64,000 bases of DNA from assembly GCA_965228895.1 (NCBI GenBank), contig OZ245842.1, forward strand, positions 5,120,001 to 5,184,000. Reading direction: 5' to 3'. Of this stretch, positions 28,967 to 38,223 are shown piece after piece. How positions within the stretch are numbered: the first letter of the stretch is position 1; every line of letters starts with the position of its first letter. This stretch comes from Alphaproteobacteria bacterium. Lineage in GTDB: Bacteria > Pseudomonadota > Alphaproteobacteria > SP197. The notes under the pieces were generated by a model that had not been told where the DNA came from, made no database searches, and saw only the letters and a list, made by a program, of their open reading frames with translations. The translations under genes were made by a program, and so were the position numbers.

Positions 28967-30874
28967 TTACTCAGCGGCCCTTGGCGCCGTCGTGCCGTCG
29001 TCGGGCGTGTGGTACTCGGGCACGAGGTCGTGGAGCATGGCGCGGGTCCGTTCGGCATCGCCGGCCATGGCTTGATCGACCAGCTTGTCGAGCCCGGCGT
29101 TAAGCCGTTCGGCGTCGACCTGCGTGCCGGTGGCGACGCGAATGCCTTCGCGCGCCGAACGCTCGAGTTTCTCGTGATCGTACGTAAGTTCCTCATACAT
29201 CTTCTCGCCGGCGCGCAGGCCGGTGAACTCGATCTTGATGTCTTCGTCCGGCGTCAGGCCGGCCAGGCGGATCATCTGGCGCGCCAGATCCTGGATCCTG
29301 ACGGATTCACCCATATCGAGCACAAAGAGCTCGCCGCCCTTGCCGCCCAAGGCGCTCGCCTGCAGCACCAGCTCGACGGCCTCGCGCACGGTCATCATGA
29401 ACCGTGTCATGTCTTCGTGCGTCACCGTCAGCGGGCCGCCCTCGGCCAGTTGCCGCTGAAACAGCGGCACCACCGAACCGGCGGAGCCCAGCACGTTGCC
29501 GAACCTGACCGTGGCAAAGCGTGTCCCACCGCCCGTTGCGCCCAGCGCCTGGATGTAGAGTTCGCCGAGCCGCTTGGTGACGCCCATGACGCTCGTGGGA
29601 TTGACCGCCTTGTCGGTCGAGATCTGGACCATGACGTCAACACCCGCATCCCGACAGGCGTTGGCCACGTTCATGGTGCCCGCGACATTGGTCAGCACGG
29701 CTTCGTTGACGTTTTCTTCCGACAGCGGCACGTGCTTCAGTGCGGCCGCGTGGAAGACCACATCCGGGCGCGCCTGTTCGAGCGCGCGGTCCAGCCGGGG
29801 CCGGTCGCGGATGTCGCGCAGCACGGCGCGACGTGTCAGGTCGGGAAAACGTCGCGCCATCTCCAGATCGATCTCGTAAAGCGCGTATTCGCTCTGATCG
29901 AGCAACGTCAGCTCGGCAGGCTCCAACGTGGCGATCTGGCGCGCCAGCTCACCACCGATTGTGCCGCCGGCGCCGGTGACGAGGACGCGACGTCCGCCGA
30001 TCAACCGGTGCAAGCTCGCCCGGTCGACCGCGGTCTGGGGACGGCCGAGCAGATCTTCCAACGCGACCGGCTTGAGCTGGATATTGCCGCCATCGTCGTG
30101 GCCGTCGGTGAAATCGGTCAGGCGCCCGATCCGGCTCAGCGTCATGCCGTACCGTTCGGTAGCGGCCAGTGCTTCGCGCGCGACCTCCGGCGGTACCCGG
30201 TCGCGGGTCAGAATCAGGCGTTGCGGACGCGGTCCCTTGCGGCTCAGGGCTGCGAGCGCCGGGTCCAGCCCGTCGCGGCCGTCAACGACCTCGACGCCAC
30301 GAATGCGCTGGCCAGAGCGGCGGCCGGTCGGGTCGACCATGGCGGTCACGGTGTAGGGCCCGCTGCGGTTGCGCGACATGGCGCGGGCGAACTGCTCGGC
30401 CTCGTCTTCGGCGCCGTAAAGTGCCACCGGGATGGCGCGGGGATTAGGGCGTTCCAGAACGTTGGACAACCCACCATCCTTGGTGATGCGATAGATCATC
30501 CGCGAGCCGCCGGTCAGCGCCAGCAGCACGAACCAGTTGATGACCAGTGCCGAGCGCGGATAGTCCTCGGCGCGGCTGAACAGGAAGAGCACCGGCAAAA
30601 AGATCAGGATCGTCAGCGTCACCGCCTTGGCGAGGGCGTAAAGGTCCGGCAGCGACGCATAGCGCCAGACGCCGCGATAAACACCGGTGCGCAGGAAGAC
30701 CAGGGCGGCGATGGCGGCGAACACGATGACGCCTTCCAAGAGATAAGGCCGGGTCTGGGCGAACATATCGTCGCCAAGGCGCAGGTAGAGCGCGATGACA
30801 AAGGAAAGCCCCGCCATCACCACGTCATGCACCATGGTGATGCGCGAACGCGATGGCCTATAGCGCCGTTTCAT
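28967..30874 (-). CDS. Membrane-anchored NDP-sugar 4,6-dehydratase (PglF/WbpM/CapD family)
   Basis: N-terminal TMs (YRGVWRYAS), EDLLGR, VTGAGGTIG, FHAAALKHVP, STDKAVNP, VRFGNVLGS, GEKMYEEL; ATG 30874 overlaps the upstream stop. Confidence 0.92.
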   Translation of the reverse strand: MKRRYRPSRSRITMVHDVVMAGLSFVIALYLRLGDDMFAQTRPYLLEGVIVFAAIAALVFLRTGVYRGVWRYASLPDLYALAKAVTLTILIFLPVLFLFSRAEDYPRSALVINWFVLLALTGGSRMIYRITKDGGLSNVLERPNPRAIPVALYGAEDEAEQFARAMSRNRSGPYTVTAMVDPTGRRSGQRIRGVEVVDGRDGLDPALAALSRKGPRPQRLILTRDRVPPEVAREALAATERYGMTLSRIGRLTDFTDGHDDGGNIQLKPVALEDLLGRPQTAVDRASLHRLIGGRRVLVTGAGGTIGGELARQIATLEPAELTLLDQSEYALYEIDLEMARRFPDLTRRAVLRDIRDRPRLDRALEQARPDVVFHAAALKHVPLSEENVNEAVLTNVAGTMNVANACRDAGVDVMVQISTDKAVNPTSVMGVTKRLGELYIQALGATGGGTRFATVRFGNVLGSAGSVVPLFQRQLAEGGPLTVTHEDMTRFMMTVREAVELVLQASALGGKGGELFVLDMGESVRIQDLARQMIRLAGLTPDEDIKIEFTGLRAGEKMYEELTYDHEKLERSAREGIRVATGTQVDAERLNAGLDKLVDQAMAGDAERTRAMLHDLVPEYHTPDDGTTAPRAAE

Positions 30875-31893
30875 GCGGTTCCCGCCCGGTTCTGGCTGCG
30901 AAGATACCACAGGAAACCGGCAACCGTGACCATGCCAACCGCAAGGGCCAGCCAGGCAAGCCAACCGCCCGACAGCGACCCGTAGGCGCAGGCAATCAAC
31001 AGAATGTTCAGCATGCTGACACGTTTGACCACCCAGGCGTGGTCGCGACCACCCTTGATCGCGGCCTGATAGGCGTGGTCGCGATGCGGGCGCCAGAACT
31101 TGCCGCCGCGCGCCATACGCATAACGAGTGTCGTGGTCGCATCGCCCCAGTAATAGAGCGGCAGCAGCAGCGCGGCCATCCAGTGGCCCATCGCGGCGGC
31201 CTGCCAGATCAGCAGGAATCCGAGGAGAAAACCCAGTGTCACGCTGCCGACATCGCCCAGAAAGATCTTCGCGGGGTGCCAATTCAAGACCAGGAATCCG
31301 GCCGCGCCGCCGGCCAGGACGGCAGCCAGGGCCGCCTGGCTCCAGTCGCCGCCGTTGTGTGACACATGGTCCAGCACGACGATGGCCAGGCCGCCGGCAA
31401 TTGCGATCGTCTCGGCGCCGGTCAACCCGTCGATACCGTCCATGAAATTGAAGAGGTTGATGAACCACAGCCAGGCGATCGCCAACAAAACCCGTTCCAG
31501 CCACAGCGGAACCACGCCATCAAGCAGCAAAACATGGCCGGGAAGCAGGCTGAGCCCGAAGGCAACCGCCACTATCTGCGCGCCAAAACGTGGCATTGCC
31601 GGCAGATCTTTGACGTCGTCCCACCAGGAGATGGCGGCCAGAACCAGCGCCGCGGCCAGAACCGGCCATGCAGCCGACAACGTGCCGGTGAACCAGCACA
31701 GAATCAGCCAGCTGGGCAACACGATCGCGACGATCGCAAGTCCACCGCCGCGTGGCACCGGTGCGGCGTGGCTCGACCGGTCGTTAGGCCGGTCCATAAT
31801 GTCGCGTTCGCGCAGCATCTCCAGTACCATGCGGGTCATGGCCCAGGTGGCAAACCCGGTCAGAGACGCGGCGAGCAGGGTTATCGTCCACAT
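30871..31893 (-). CDS. Polyprenyl-phosphate HexNAc-1-phosphate transferase (WecA/WbpL, MraY-like)
   Basis: DRPNDRSSH..PVPRGGG, SWWDD, NLFNFMDGIDG, NWHPAKIFLGDVGS, HRDHAYQ. Confidence 0.92.
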   Translation of the reverse strand: MWTITLLAASLTGFATWAMTRMVLEMLRERDIMDRPNDRSSHAAPVPRGGGLAIVAIVLPSWLILCWFTGTLSAAWPVLAAALVLAAISWWDDVKDLPAMPRFGAQIVAVAFGLSLLPGHVLLLDGVVPLWLERVLLAIAWLWFINLFNFMDGIDGLTGAETIAIAGGLAIVVLDHVSHNGGDWSQAALAAVLAGGAAGFLVLNWHPAKIFLGDVGSVTLGFLLGFLLIWQAAAMGHWMAALLLPLYYWGDATTTLVMRMARGGKFWRPHRDHAYQAAIKGGRDHAWVVKRVSMLNILLIACAYGSLSGGWLAWLALAVGMVTVAGFLWYLRSQNRAGTA

Positions 31894-32051
31894 GGCGGGG
31901 GTTTATAGAGCGATTTCCTGTCAGATGGCAGCATCAGCCCGCACCGGGTCTTTCGACCGCCGGCAAGGCTGGCCCGGGCGCGCAAACGGTTGCTCCTGCG
32001 CCATGGGCGATGATATGCCGACGCGGCAAATCCGGTGAACAAGGCGCCTTG

Positions 32052-33329
32052 ATGGAGATTGTCGAAGAGAACAGCTCGGCCGTGTCGCGACATGTGGCGT
32101 CGCTCGCGGCCGTAGCCCTGGGCGCATCGGTGCCGATCCTGATCCTTGGTCGCGCGGGCATGGCCATCGCGATCGCCATCGCGATTGTCGGCTTGCTGGC
32201 GACCAGCGACCGCTCGCGCCTGGTTTTCGACGTCATAGCGGCGGTCAAGACGCCGTTGGGAACCGCCGTCGGGGTGACCTTCGCCCTATGGCTTGTCAGC
32301 GTGATCGGATCGCCGGAAGTCGCGTTGTCGGCCAAGGTCTGGGCACGCATGGTCGCGCTGCTGGTGGCGGGTGTGGCACTGGCCAGCCTGATGCGTCGTT
32401 CTCCGGCGCTCCATGGTCTCGCGCTGAAGAGTTTGATCGTGACGGCGTTGATGGGTGTCGGGATTGGTCTGGTCACCGTGCTGAAGTGGCCGGATCCGCT
32501 GCTCTTGTTGCGCGGTCATGGCGCCAATCTGGATCAGGTGGGCCTCGCAGCATCGGTGCTGAAGTCCTATGGCACGGCGGTCGCGTGCGCCATGCCGGTT
32601 GTCTTGTGGGCAGGATGGCGCGTGGGCACGCGCTGGCGCTTGCCGGCGATCATCTTTCAGTTTCTGGCACTGGCGCTGCTGATCGTGCTTGAGAGCCGCG
32701 CCGGTCTGGTCGCCGCGGCTGTCGGCGCCGGGATCTTCACCTGTTGGTTTGCTTGGCGCCACGGTCGTTCGTGGCTGATCGGCGCGGTCGCTCTTGTCAT
32801 GGTGGCGGTTGTCGCCATCGCGTTTGTCACCAATGTCCGGAACAACCAGATCGAAGCCGCGCTCGATCTGCCGGTCTGGTTGGTCGATGCCCATCGTCAG
32901 GCGATCTGGGACGCCTCTCTGCAACGCTTTACCGAGGCGCCGATCTTCGGCTGGGGTATTGACGTTGTCGATAAACTGCCGGGCGCCAACGACATCGTGC
33001 CGGGATCCGGCGTCGAGTTCATCCCATCGCACCCGCATAACTGGGCGATTGAGGTGCTGGCCGAGACCGGTATTGTCGGCTTCGTCGCAATGTCGGTGAC
33101 GCTCATCATTTTGGCCGTTGGCGGCATTCGGGCCACGCGCCAGGACGGTGCGGCGGGCGCTTCGTTTTTAGCGGTGTGTGCTGTCTTCTTTCTGGTCTCG
33201 CTGATCAGTTATTCGTTCTGGGCGTTCTGGTGGCAGGCGACGTTTGTCCTGTTAGCGAGCCTGGTGATCGCGCCGTTGACGCCGGGTTTGGTGAGTTCCA
33301 GCCGGTCGCCTAAGCTGGCGGTGTCATGA
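32052..33329 (+). CDS. O-antigen ligase family protein (WaaL/Wzy_C)
   Basis: Multi-TM; ESRAG, HRQAIW, PIFGWG, SHPHNWAIEVLAETGIVG. Start uncertain. Confidence 0.8.
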   Translation: MEIVEENSSAVSRHVASLAAVALGASVPILILGRAGMAIAIAIAIVGLLATSDRSRLVFDVIAAVKTPLGTAVGVTFALWLVSVIGSPEVALSAKVWARMVALLVAGVALASLMRRSPALHGLALKSLIVTALMGVGIGLVTVLKWPDPLLLLRGHGANLDQVGLAASVLKSYGTAVACAMPVVLWAGWRVGTRWRLPAIIFQFLALALLIVLESRAGLVAAAVGAGIFTCWFAWRHGRSWLIGAVALVMVAVVAIAFVTNVRNNQIEAALDLPVWLVDAHRQAIWDASLQRFTEAPIFGWGIDVVDKLPGANDIVPGSGVEFIPSHPHNWAIEVLAETGIVGFVAMSVTLIILAVGGIRATRQDGAAGASFLAVCAVFFLVSLISYSFWAFWWQATFVLLASLVIAPLTPGLVSSSRSPKLAVS

Positions 33330-34354
33330 CGGCAAAACGTGGAAATCCGTTGGAAGCTGGGCGCGAGGTCCTGCGCGAGGCCGCCGCATGTCTGGGCCGC
33401 GCGGCCGATGGCCTGGGCGACGACTTCGTCCAGACAGCCCAGGCGCTCTCCCGCGACGACAGCTTCACCATCATCATCGGCGTCGGTAAGTCCGGCCACA
33501 TCGGCAACAAGCTCGCGGCGGGCTTGACCGGCGTCGGGCATCGCGCTGTGTTCATTCACCCGCAAGAGGCGCTGCACGGCGATCTCGGCATGGCCAGCCA
33601 CGCGACCCTCGCCGTCCTGCTCAGCCACTCCGGCACGACCGAAGAGTTGATGGTGCTGGCGCCGGCGCTGAAGGAATTCGGATGCCAGATCGCCCTGATC
33701 ACCGCGGTCAAGGAGTGCCCGCTTGCCGGCTATAGCGACTGGGTCATCGAAACGCTGGTCGACGAAGAGGCCGGCCTGCACCGTCTGGCCCCGACCTCGT
33801 CATCGACGACGACGCTGTCTATCGGCGACGCCTTGATGATTGCCAGTCTGAATCTGCGCGGTTTCACCGCCGACGAGTTCCGCCGCTTTCACCCGGGCGG
33901 CCTGCTGGGCAAGAAGCTCAAAAAGGTGCGTGACCTGATGACGCCGGTCGAGCGCCTGGCGTGGTTGAAACCCGATGACTCCATCTTCGACGTTCTGGAA
34001 AAAGTCGCGCTGGGCCGACGCGGTTTCGGTGTCGTTAGTCGTCGGCCGCACGGCGAAGCGGTTCGCGCCGATGAGGTCGGCGTTATCTCCGACGGCGACA
34101 TCCGCAACGCGGCACGCGACCGCGATGGTTTTCAAACCAAGACCGCAGCGGCCATCATGACGTCCAAGCCGACCGCGATCGACGCCGATGCCTTGATGGG
34201 CGATGCGCTCCGGCTGATGGAAACCCACCGCTTCACGTTCTTGTTGTGCACCGATGGCGACGGCATGCTGGTCGGCGCTGTCCAGATCCACGACCTCGTC
34301 GCCAGCGACCTGGATGTCACCGCGCGCGCCGATCGTTTGCCCAACGGTGATTGA
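33326..34354 (+). CDS. kdsD: KpsF/GutQ arabinose-5-phosphate isomerase (SIS + CBS)
   Basis: GVGKSGHIG, EALHGDLG, SHSGTT.E, LAPTSS, GDAL, FHPGG.LG, DGDIR, IHDL. Confidence 0.85.
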   Translation: MTAKRGNPLEAGREVLREAAACLGRAADGLGDDFVQTAQALSRDDSFTIIIGVGKSGHIGNKLAAGLTGVGHRAVFIHPQEALHGDLGMASHATLAVLLSHSGTTEELMVLAPALKEFGCQIALITAVKECPLAGYSDWVIETLVDEEAGLHRLAPTSSSTTTLSIGDALMIASLNLRGFTADEFRRFHPGGLLGKKLKKVRDLMTPVERLAWLKPDDSIFDVLEKVALGRRGFGVVSRRPHGEAVRADEVGVISDGDIRNAARDRDGFQTKTAAAIMTSKPTAIDADALMGDALRLMETHRFTFLLCTDGDGMLVGAVQIHDLVASDLDVTARADRLPNGD

Positions 34355-34357
34355 GTC

Positions 34358-34858
34358 ATGAAACGCTGGTACGTCGCCCACACACGTGCGCAGAGCGAGC
34401 GCCGGGCGTTCGACCATCTGACCAATCAGGGTTTCGAAGCGTGGCTGCCGGAGTTCAACAAACGGCGCCGTCACGCGCGCCGCACCGATTGGGTTCGCCG
34501 CCCGTTGTTCCCGCGCTATCTCTTTGTTCATCTGGATCTGGATGCCGAGCGTTGGCGCAGCGTGCTCGGCACCGTCGGTATACAGGCGTTGGTCGGTGGC
34601 GCAGAAAAGCCGACGCCGATGGCCGACGCGGTTGTCGAGGCGATCCGCGCCCGGGTCGATCAGGAAGGGCTGGTGCGGATCAATCCGGCCGAGACGCTCG
34701 AGGCCGGTGATGCCGTCAGGATTGCGGATGGACCGTTCGCCGATCTGGAAGGCATCTTTCTGGATATGGGCGATAACGAGCGGGTCGCGATCATGCTCAG
34801 CCTGTTGGGACGCGAGGTCAAAGTGACCGTCAGCGCCGACCATTTGGAGCGTGCCTGA
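34358..34858 (+). CDS. rfaH: RfaH-like NusG paralogue (transcription antiterminator)
   Basis: WYVAHT..SERRAFDHL..QG, PLFPRYLFV, KOW GDAVRIADGPF, ERVAIMLSLLGR; 166 aa within a glycan locus. Confidence 0.8.
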   Translation: MKRWYVAHTRAQSERRAFDHLTNQGFEAWLPEFNKRRRHARRTDWVRRPLFPRYLFVHLDLDAERWRSVLGTVGIQALVGGAEKPTPMADAVVEAIRARVDQEGLVRINPAETLEAGDAVRIADGPFADLEGIFLDMGDNERVAIMLSLLGREVKVTVSADHLERA

Positions 34859-34907
34859 CGCCACCCTGGATGGCGCGGTGCTGAATCACACGTATGTCGT
34901 GTACGAC

Positions 34908-34934
34908 TTGACATGAGTGTTCGATTTATGAACA
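34908..34934 (+). promoter_or_regulatory. Promoter/operator of the MarR-like regulator
   Basis: TTGACA (34908-13), 4 nt, then TGTTCG-ATTTA-TGAACA (34918-34). Confidence 0.65.
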
Positions 34935-34997
34935 AGGTGCGCAGACGGACCGGAATCGTGGTGCCGGACCGCCCTTGAAACTGACGGACCGCAAACG

Positions 34998-35636
34998 GTG
35001 ACAACCCGGCGCGAAGCAAGCGAAGACGAGGCAATCCGCCAGATTCTGGATCGTATCGACAGCGACCAGAATATCTCGCAGCGCGATCTGGCCGATGAAC
35101 TCGGCGTCGCGTTGGGCATGGTCAACGCCTACATCAAGCGTTGCGTGCACAAAGGTCTGGTCAAGATCCAGCAGGTGCCGCGCCGGCGCTATCGGTACTA
35201 CCTGACGCCCCAGGGTTTTGCCGAAAAGAGCCGGCTGACAGCGCAATACCTGTCCGATTCCTTCGGTGCGCTCAGACGCGGTTTGAGCAGCTTCGATCGC
35301 CTTTACAGCGATCTGGCCGAAGCCGGACATCGCCGCATCATCCTGTGCGGCGACGATGCACTGATCGAGGTCGGGATCCTCTCCAGCCTCTCGACACCGA
35401 TCGACATTCTCGGAGTCTTCAATCCTCTGGGTAACAGTCACGCCGTGCGTGGCGTGCCGGCGATCGACCCTTCGGATCCGCCTGAGGCGGACCGCTGGGT
35501 CCTGGCCGTTGCCAAGAACGGCGAAGAGGCCTTCGCCAAGCTTGAACAGATCGTGCCGGCCGAGCGGATCATCATGCCGGACGTGCTGCGCCTCTACATG
35601 CTGCGCAGTTCATCGCGCGAGCGCGGCGCGGCCTGA
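34998..35636 (+). CDS. EPS-associated MarR-type winged-HTH regulator with C-terminal Rossmann-like domain
   Basis: ISQRDLADELGVALGMVNAYIKRCVHKGLVK, YYLTPQGFAEKSRLT. Confidence 0.85.
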   Translation: MTTRREASEDEAIRQILDRIDSDQNISQRDLADELGVALGMVNAYIKRCVHKGLVKIQQVPRRRYRYYLTPQGFAEKSRLTAQYLSDSFGALRRGLSSFDRLYSDLAEAGHRRIILCGDDALIEVGILSSLSTPIDILGVFNPLGNSHAVRGVPAIDPSDPPEADRWVLAVAKNGEEAFAKLEQIVPAERIIMPDVLRLYMLRSSSRERGAA

Positions 35637-35637
35637 T

Positions 35638-35775
35638 AAGAGCAGATCCTGGTTTGATGGAATCGCGTTGCGATTCCGCCAAGACGGGTGAATCTGCTCT
35701 GTTTAGAGAGCGAGAGCGGATTCACGTGATGAGGTGGAACCGTGAACCGGTTTCACCTCATCACGATCCGCTCTA
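35638..35775. repeat. ~138-bp double-hairpin repeat, copy 3
   Basis: AAGAGCAGATC...GTGAATCTGCTCT-spacer-AGAGCGGATTCAC...GATCCGCTCTA; the terminal CTA is the TAG stop of the convergent gene. Confidence 0.9.
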
Positions 35776-37134
35776 CTGGCTGGCAGCATAGGCGGCGAAC
35801 GCCACCGATGTCGGCGGCCCCAGACGTTCCAGCAAGAAAAACTCCCAGACTGGCACGGTAACAAGCCTTCCCGACACGAAGTCCGGCGCAAGCGGTGCGC
35901 GATAGTTGAAGGACGGCACGAACTCGTCCAGGCGCACACTTGATTCGAGCGCGGCGATCTGAAAGTTGGTCGCCTGGCGATCGGGCCTGACGGCGACGAC
36001 ATACGTGAAGAAACCATGGTTCACGAGTTCGTCGAACAACAGGAACCCGGCATCGCCGGACACCATGTCCAGCGGCAAGTCGTTGATGTGGACCGTGCGG
36101 TAGACCAGGCCGCCATGATCAAGGGGCGGCGATTGGCTAAGGCCGCCGGGTGCGAGCGTCGCCTGATCCTCCAGGCCACGGCTGTTCGTCTCGACCGTGA
36201 CCGGCGCCATATCGACGACGAGGGGCAAGTCCGGTGGCACGTGCTCCTGCAGCCAGGCACGCGCTTGAAGCCGCGTATCGTCCTGGACCATCAGCCACGC
36301 CATCCATCCGGCAGTGGCCAGCGGGTAGAGCAACGCGATGATGGCCAAGCCCGTGGTGAGAGCCGAGAGCGCGCGGCGTCCGGAAATCCACGCCGCGAGC
36401 CTTGCCGCGCCGCCGCCTGCGCCTAGCGCCAGGACGGGGAGCAGAAGAACCAGGGCGGCCTCGTCGCCGGAGAACCATTCGGCGCCGACCAAACCGATCG
36501 CGAAGACGGCGGCCAACACGACGGCGACGACCGGCCGCGAGGTGACGACCAGCAGCACCCCGGCGATGCCTGCCACGGTCAAGACCGGATCGGCACGCAG
36601 CAAAGACTGGATGTAGTCGAGAACCGTCAACGGTTCGCCAGCGACCGCGCCGCGCTCGAACGCGACCGTCGGGATCAACCAGACGGCAACGATGACGATG
36701 GCTAAGGCCAGCGCCACCAGCAGCGGGATAACGCCGGCGACACTTGGGCTGCCAAGCCAGCGGTGCACGCGCCAGACGATCAGCCAAATCGCGAACCCCG
36801 TCGCTGACCAGCCGAGCGCCAGATGCCCGAACACCACCGCATACCAGGATGTTGCCAGCAGCGCGGCAGCGACCAGGCCGGCGGCGGGGCTGGCGAAGAA
36901 ATCACCGGCCAGACGCCACAGCAGCCAAACCGTTGCGGTGGAAAGCAGCAGGCTCAAAAGGCGCCCGGCGGTGAGCAAGTCGGCGTCTGGCGTTGCCCCG
37001 GCAACGCCCGCCATTTCGCCGGGTATCAGGGCAAACGGCAGGCCATAGTCCAGACCGATCAGCCGCAAAGCCGCGGCGATGATCAGGATTGGCACGAGAA
37101 GCCAGACGTCTTTCCGGCCGGCGGGATGCGCCAT
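35773..37134 (-). CDS. Polytopic membrane protein, GT-C (ArnT/PMT)-like, possibly degenerate
   Basis: LRLIGLDYGLP, GRLLS, GLVAAALLA, DTRLQARAWLQEHVP; many TMs. Confidence 0.55.
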   Translation of the reverse strand: MAHPAGRKDVWLLVPILIIAAALRLIGLDYGLPFALIPGEMAGVAGATPDADLLTAGRLLSLLLSTATVWLLWRLAGDFFASPAAGLVAAALLATSWYAVVFGHLALGWSATGFAIWLIVWRVHRWLGSPSVAGVIPLLVALALAIVIVAVWLIPTVAFERGAVAGEPLTVLDYIQSLLRADPVLTVAGIAGVLLVVTSRPVVAVVLAAVFAIGLVGAEWFSGDEAALVLLLPVLALGAGGGAARLAAWISGRRALSALTTGLAIIALLYPLATAGWMAWLMVQDDTRLQARAWLQEHVPPDLPLVVDMAPVTVETNSRGLEDQATLAPGGLSQSPPLDHGGLVYRTVHINDLPLDMVSGDAGFLLFDELVNHGFFTYVVAVRPDRQATNFQIAALESSVRLDEFVPSFNYRAPLAPDFVSGRLVTVPVWEFFLLERLGPPTSVAFAAYAASQ

Positions 37135-37323
37135 GGCAGGCCCCGGAAACGATTCACCGGTGCCTGTTTACCATCGACACGCCGGACGACGAATAGGGAT
37201 GAATAGGGAATGGTTGCAGGGCGTGGTCAGCCGGCGGCCCATCGGATTGCTCGACATCCCGGTTGCGCCGTGGCATGCGGGGACTGGAAGCACGGCATCG
37301 CCAGCGGGGGACGACGGCACGTG

Positions 37324-38070
37324 ATGATCTTGTGGCGCAGCTTGGATCTGCCGCGGCGCGCGTTGCGCCGGCTAAAGGGCGACAAGCGCGATTACCGGCA
37401 CTTTCTGTTTGAGGACTTGAAGGCGCGGCTTGGCGAGCGGCGGGTTTCGAATGTGCTCGAAATCGGCCCCATGGAGGCCGACGATACCAAGCGCTTGCTG
37501 ACCTTGGCGCCGGATCGCCTGACGCTTGCGGAAATGCCGCAGTGGACGGAACACCTGGAAAAGAACCTGGCCGCCAAGGGCATCGCCGATAAGGTCGAGA
37601 TCCGTGTCGGCAATGTCATGTACGACACCATGTTCGACGACCTCGTGCCGTTCGACCTCATCTGGTGCACGGGCGTCCTCTATCACAATCCCGAACAGCT
37701 TCGCATGCTGGCGCGCCTGTACGATTGGCTGGCGCCCGACGGCCTGCTGGTGATGGAGACGGCGACGGCGCGCAGGGCTTTGATGCGTGACCGAAACTGC
37801 GTCGAGATTTGGCATGACGTGCCCAAGTCCGTCATGACGCGATCTCATTTGAGTGCCAATGTGACCCACGTTCCCTCGCGCAAGGCGGTTGGCGCCTGGC
37901 TCGCCATGGTCGGTTTTGACGACATCGTCCTGTCTTCCTGTCATGCCCGCCAATCGTTCAGTCTGGCGCAGAACCGGGTGGCCTACATCGCCCAGCGCGC
38001 CGGCGCGACCGAACCGGAAAGCTATTACATCCATTCCGGCCGCAGCTTCCCGATTGGCCGCGCGCTTTGA
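37324..38070 (+). CDS. Class I SAM-dependent methyltransferase
   Basis: VLEIGP, FDLIWCTGVLYH, LAPDGLLVMET. Confidence 0.8.
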   Translation: MILWRSLDLPRRALRRLKGDKRDYRHFLFEDLKARLGERRVSNVLEIGPMEADDTKRLLTLAPDRLTLAEMPQWTEHLEKNLAAKGIADKVEIRVGNVMYDTMFDDLVPFDLIWCTGVLYHNPEQLRMLARLYDWLAPDGLLVMETATARRALMRDRNCVEIWHDVPKSVMTRSHLSANVTHVPSRKAVGAWLAMVGFDDIVLSSCHARQSFSLAQNRVAYIAQRAGATEPESYYIHSGRSFPIGRAL

Positions 38071-38176
38071 CGGCCGGTCGCGGAGCATGCGCAGGCGGCA
38101 TGTTTCGCCGAATTTCATGACCACATGCTGCAATGCAGTATGTCTGTTTATGGCCGATTTCGGCCATTTTTCTTAG

Positions 38177-38219
38177 TGTTCAAGAAATGAACTTGACGTT
38201 GGCGTTCATTAACTGAACA
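38177..38219 (+). promoter_or_regulatory. pseB operon promoter with two GTTCA-N5-TGAAC palindromes around the -35
   Basis: TGTTCA-AGAAA-TGAACT (38177-93), TTGACG (38193-98), CGTTCA-TTAAC-TGAACA (38203-19). Confidence 0.65.
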
Positions 38220-38223
38220 TTAT

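Noticed and set aside
28505-30985. 826-aa plus-strand ORF
   Set aside because: Antisense to purH and the CapD-like gene; no recognisable domain.
28967-31504. 845-aa ORF suggesting an N-terminally extended dehydratase
   Set aside because: The first ~210 aa are an alternative frame of the WecA-like gene; the real start is the ATGA overlap at 30874.
34944-34992. Three CGGACCG direct repeats about 20 bp apart before the MarR gene
   Set aside because: Short and GC-rich, and not seen at the pseB leader; could be chance.
19965-35775. Repeats as CRISPR array, tRNA or attC cassette array
   Set aside because: Dispersed single copies with no repeat-spacer periodicity, cas or integrase genes, or tRNA cloverleaf.
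34918-38219. GTTC motifs as alphaproteobacterial LexA boxes
   Set aside because: That LexA box is a direct repeat (GTTC-N7-GTTC); these are inverted (GTTC-N7-GAAC).
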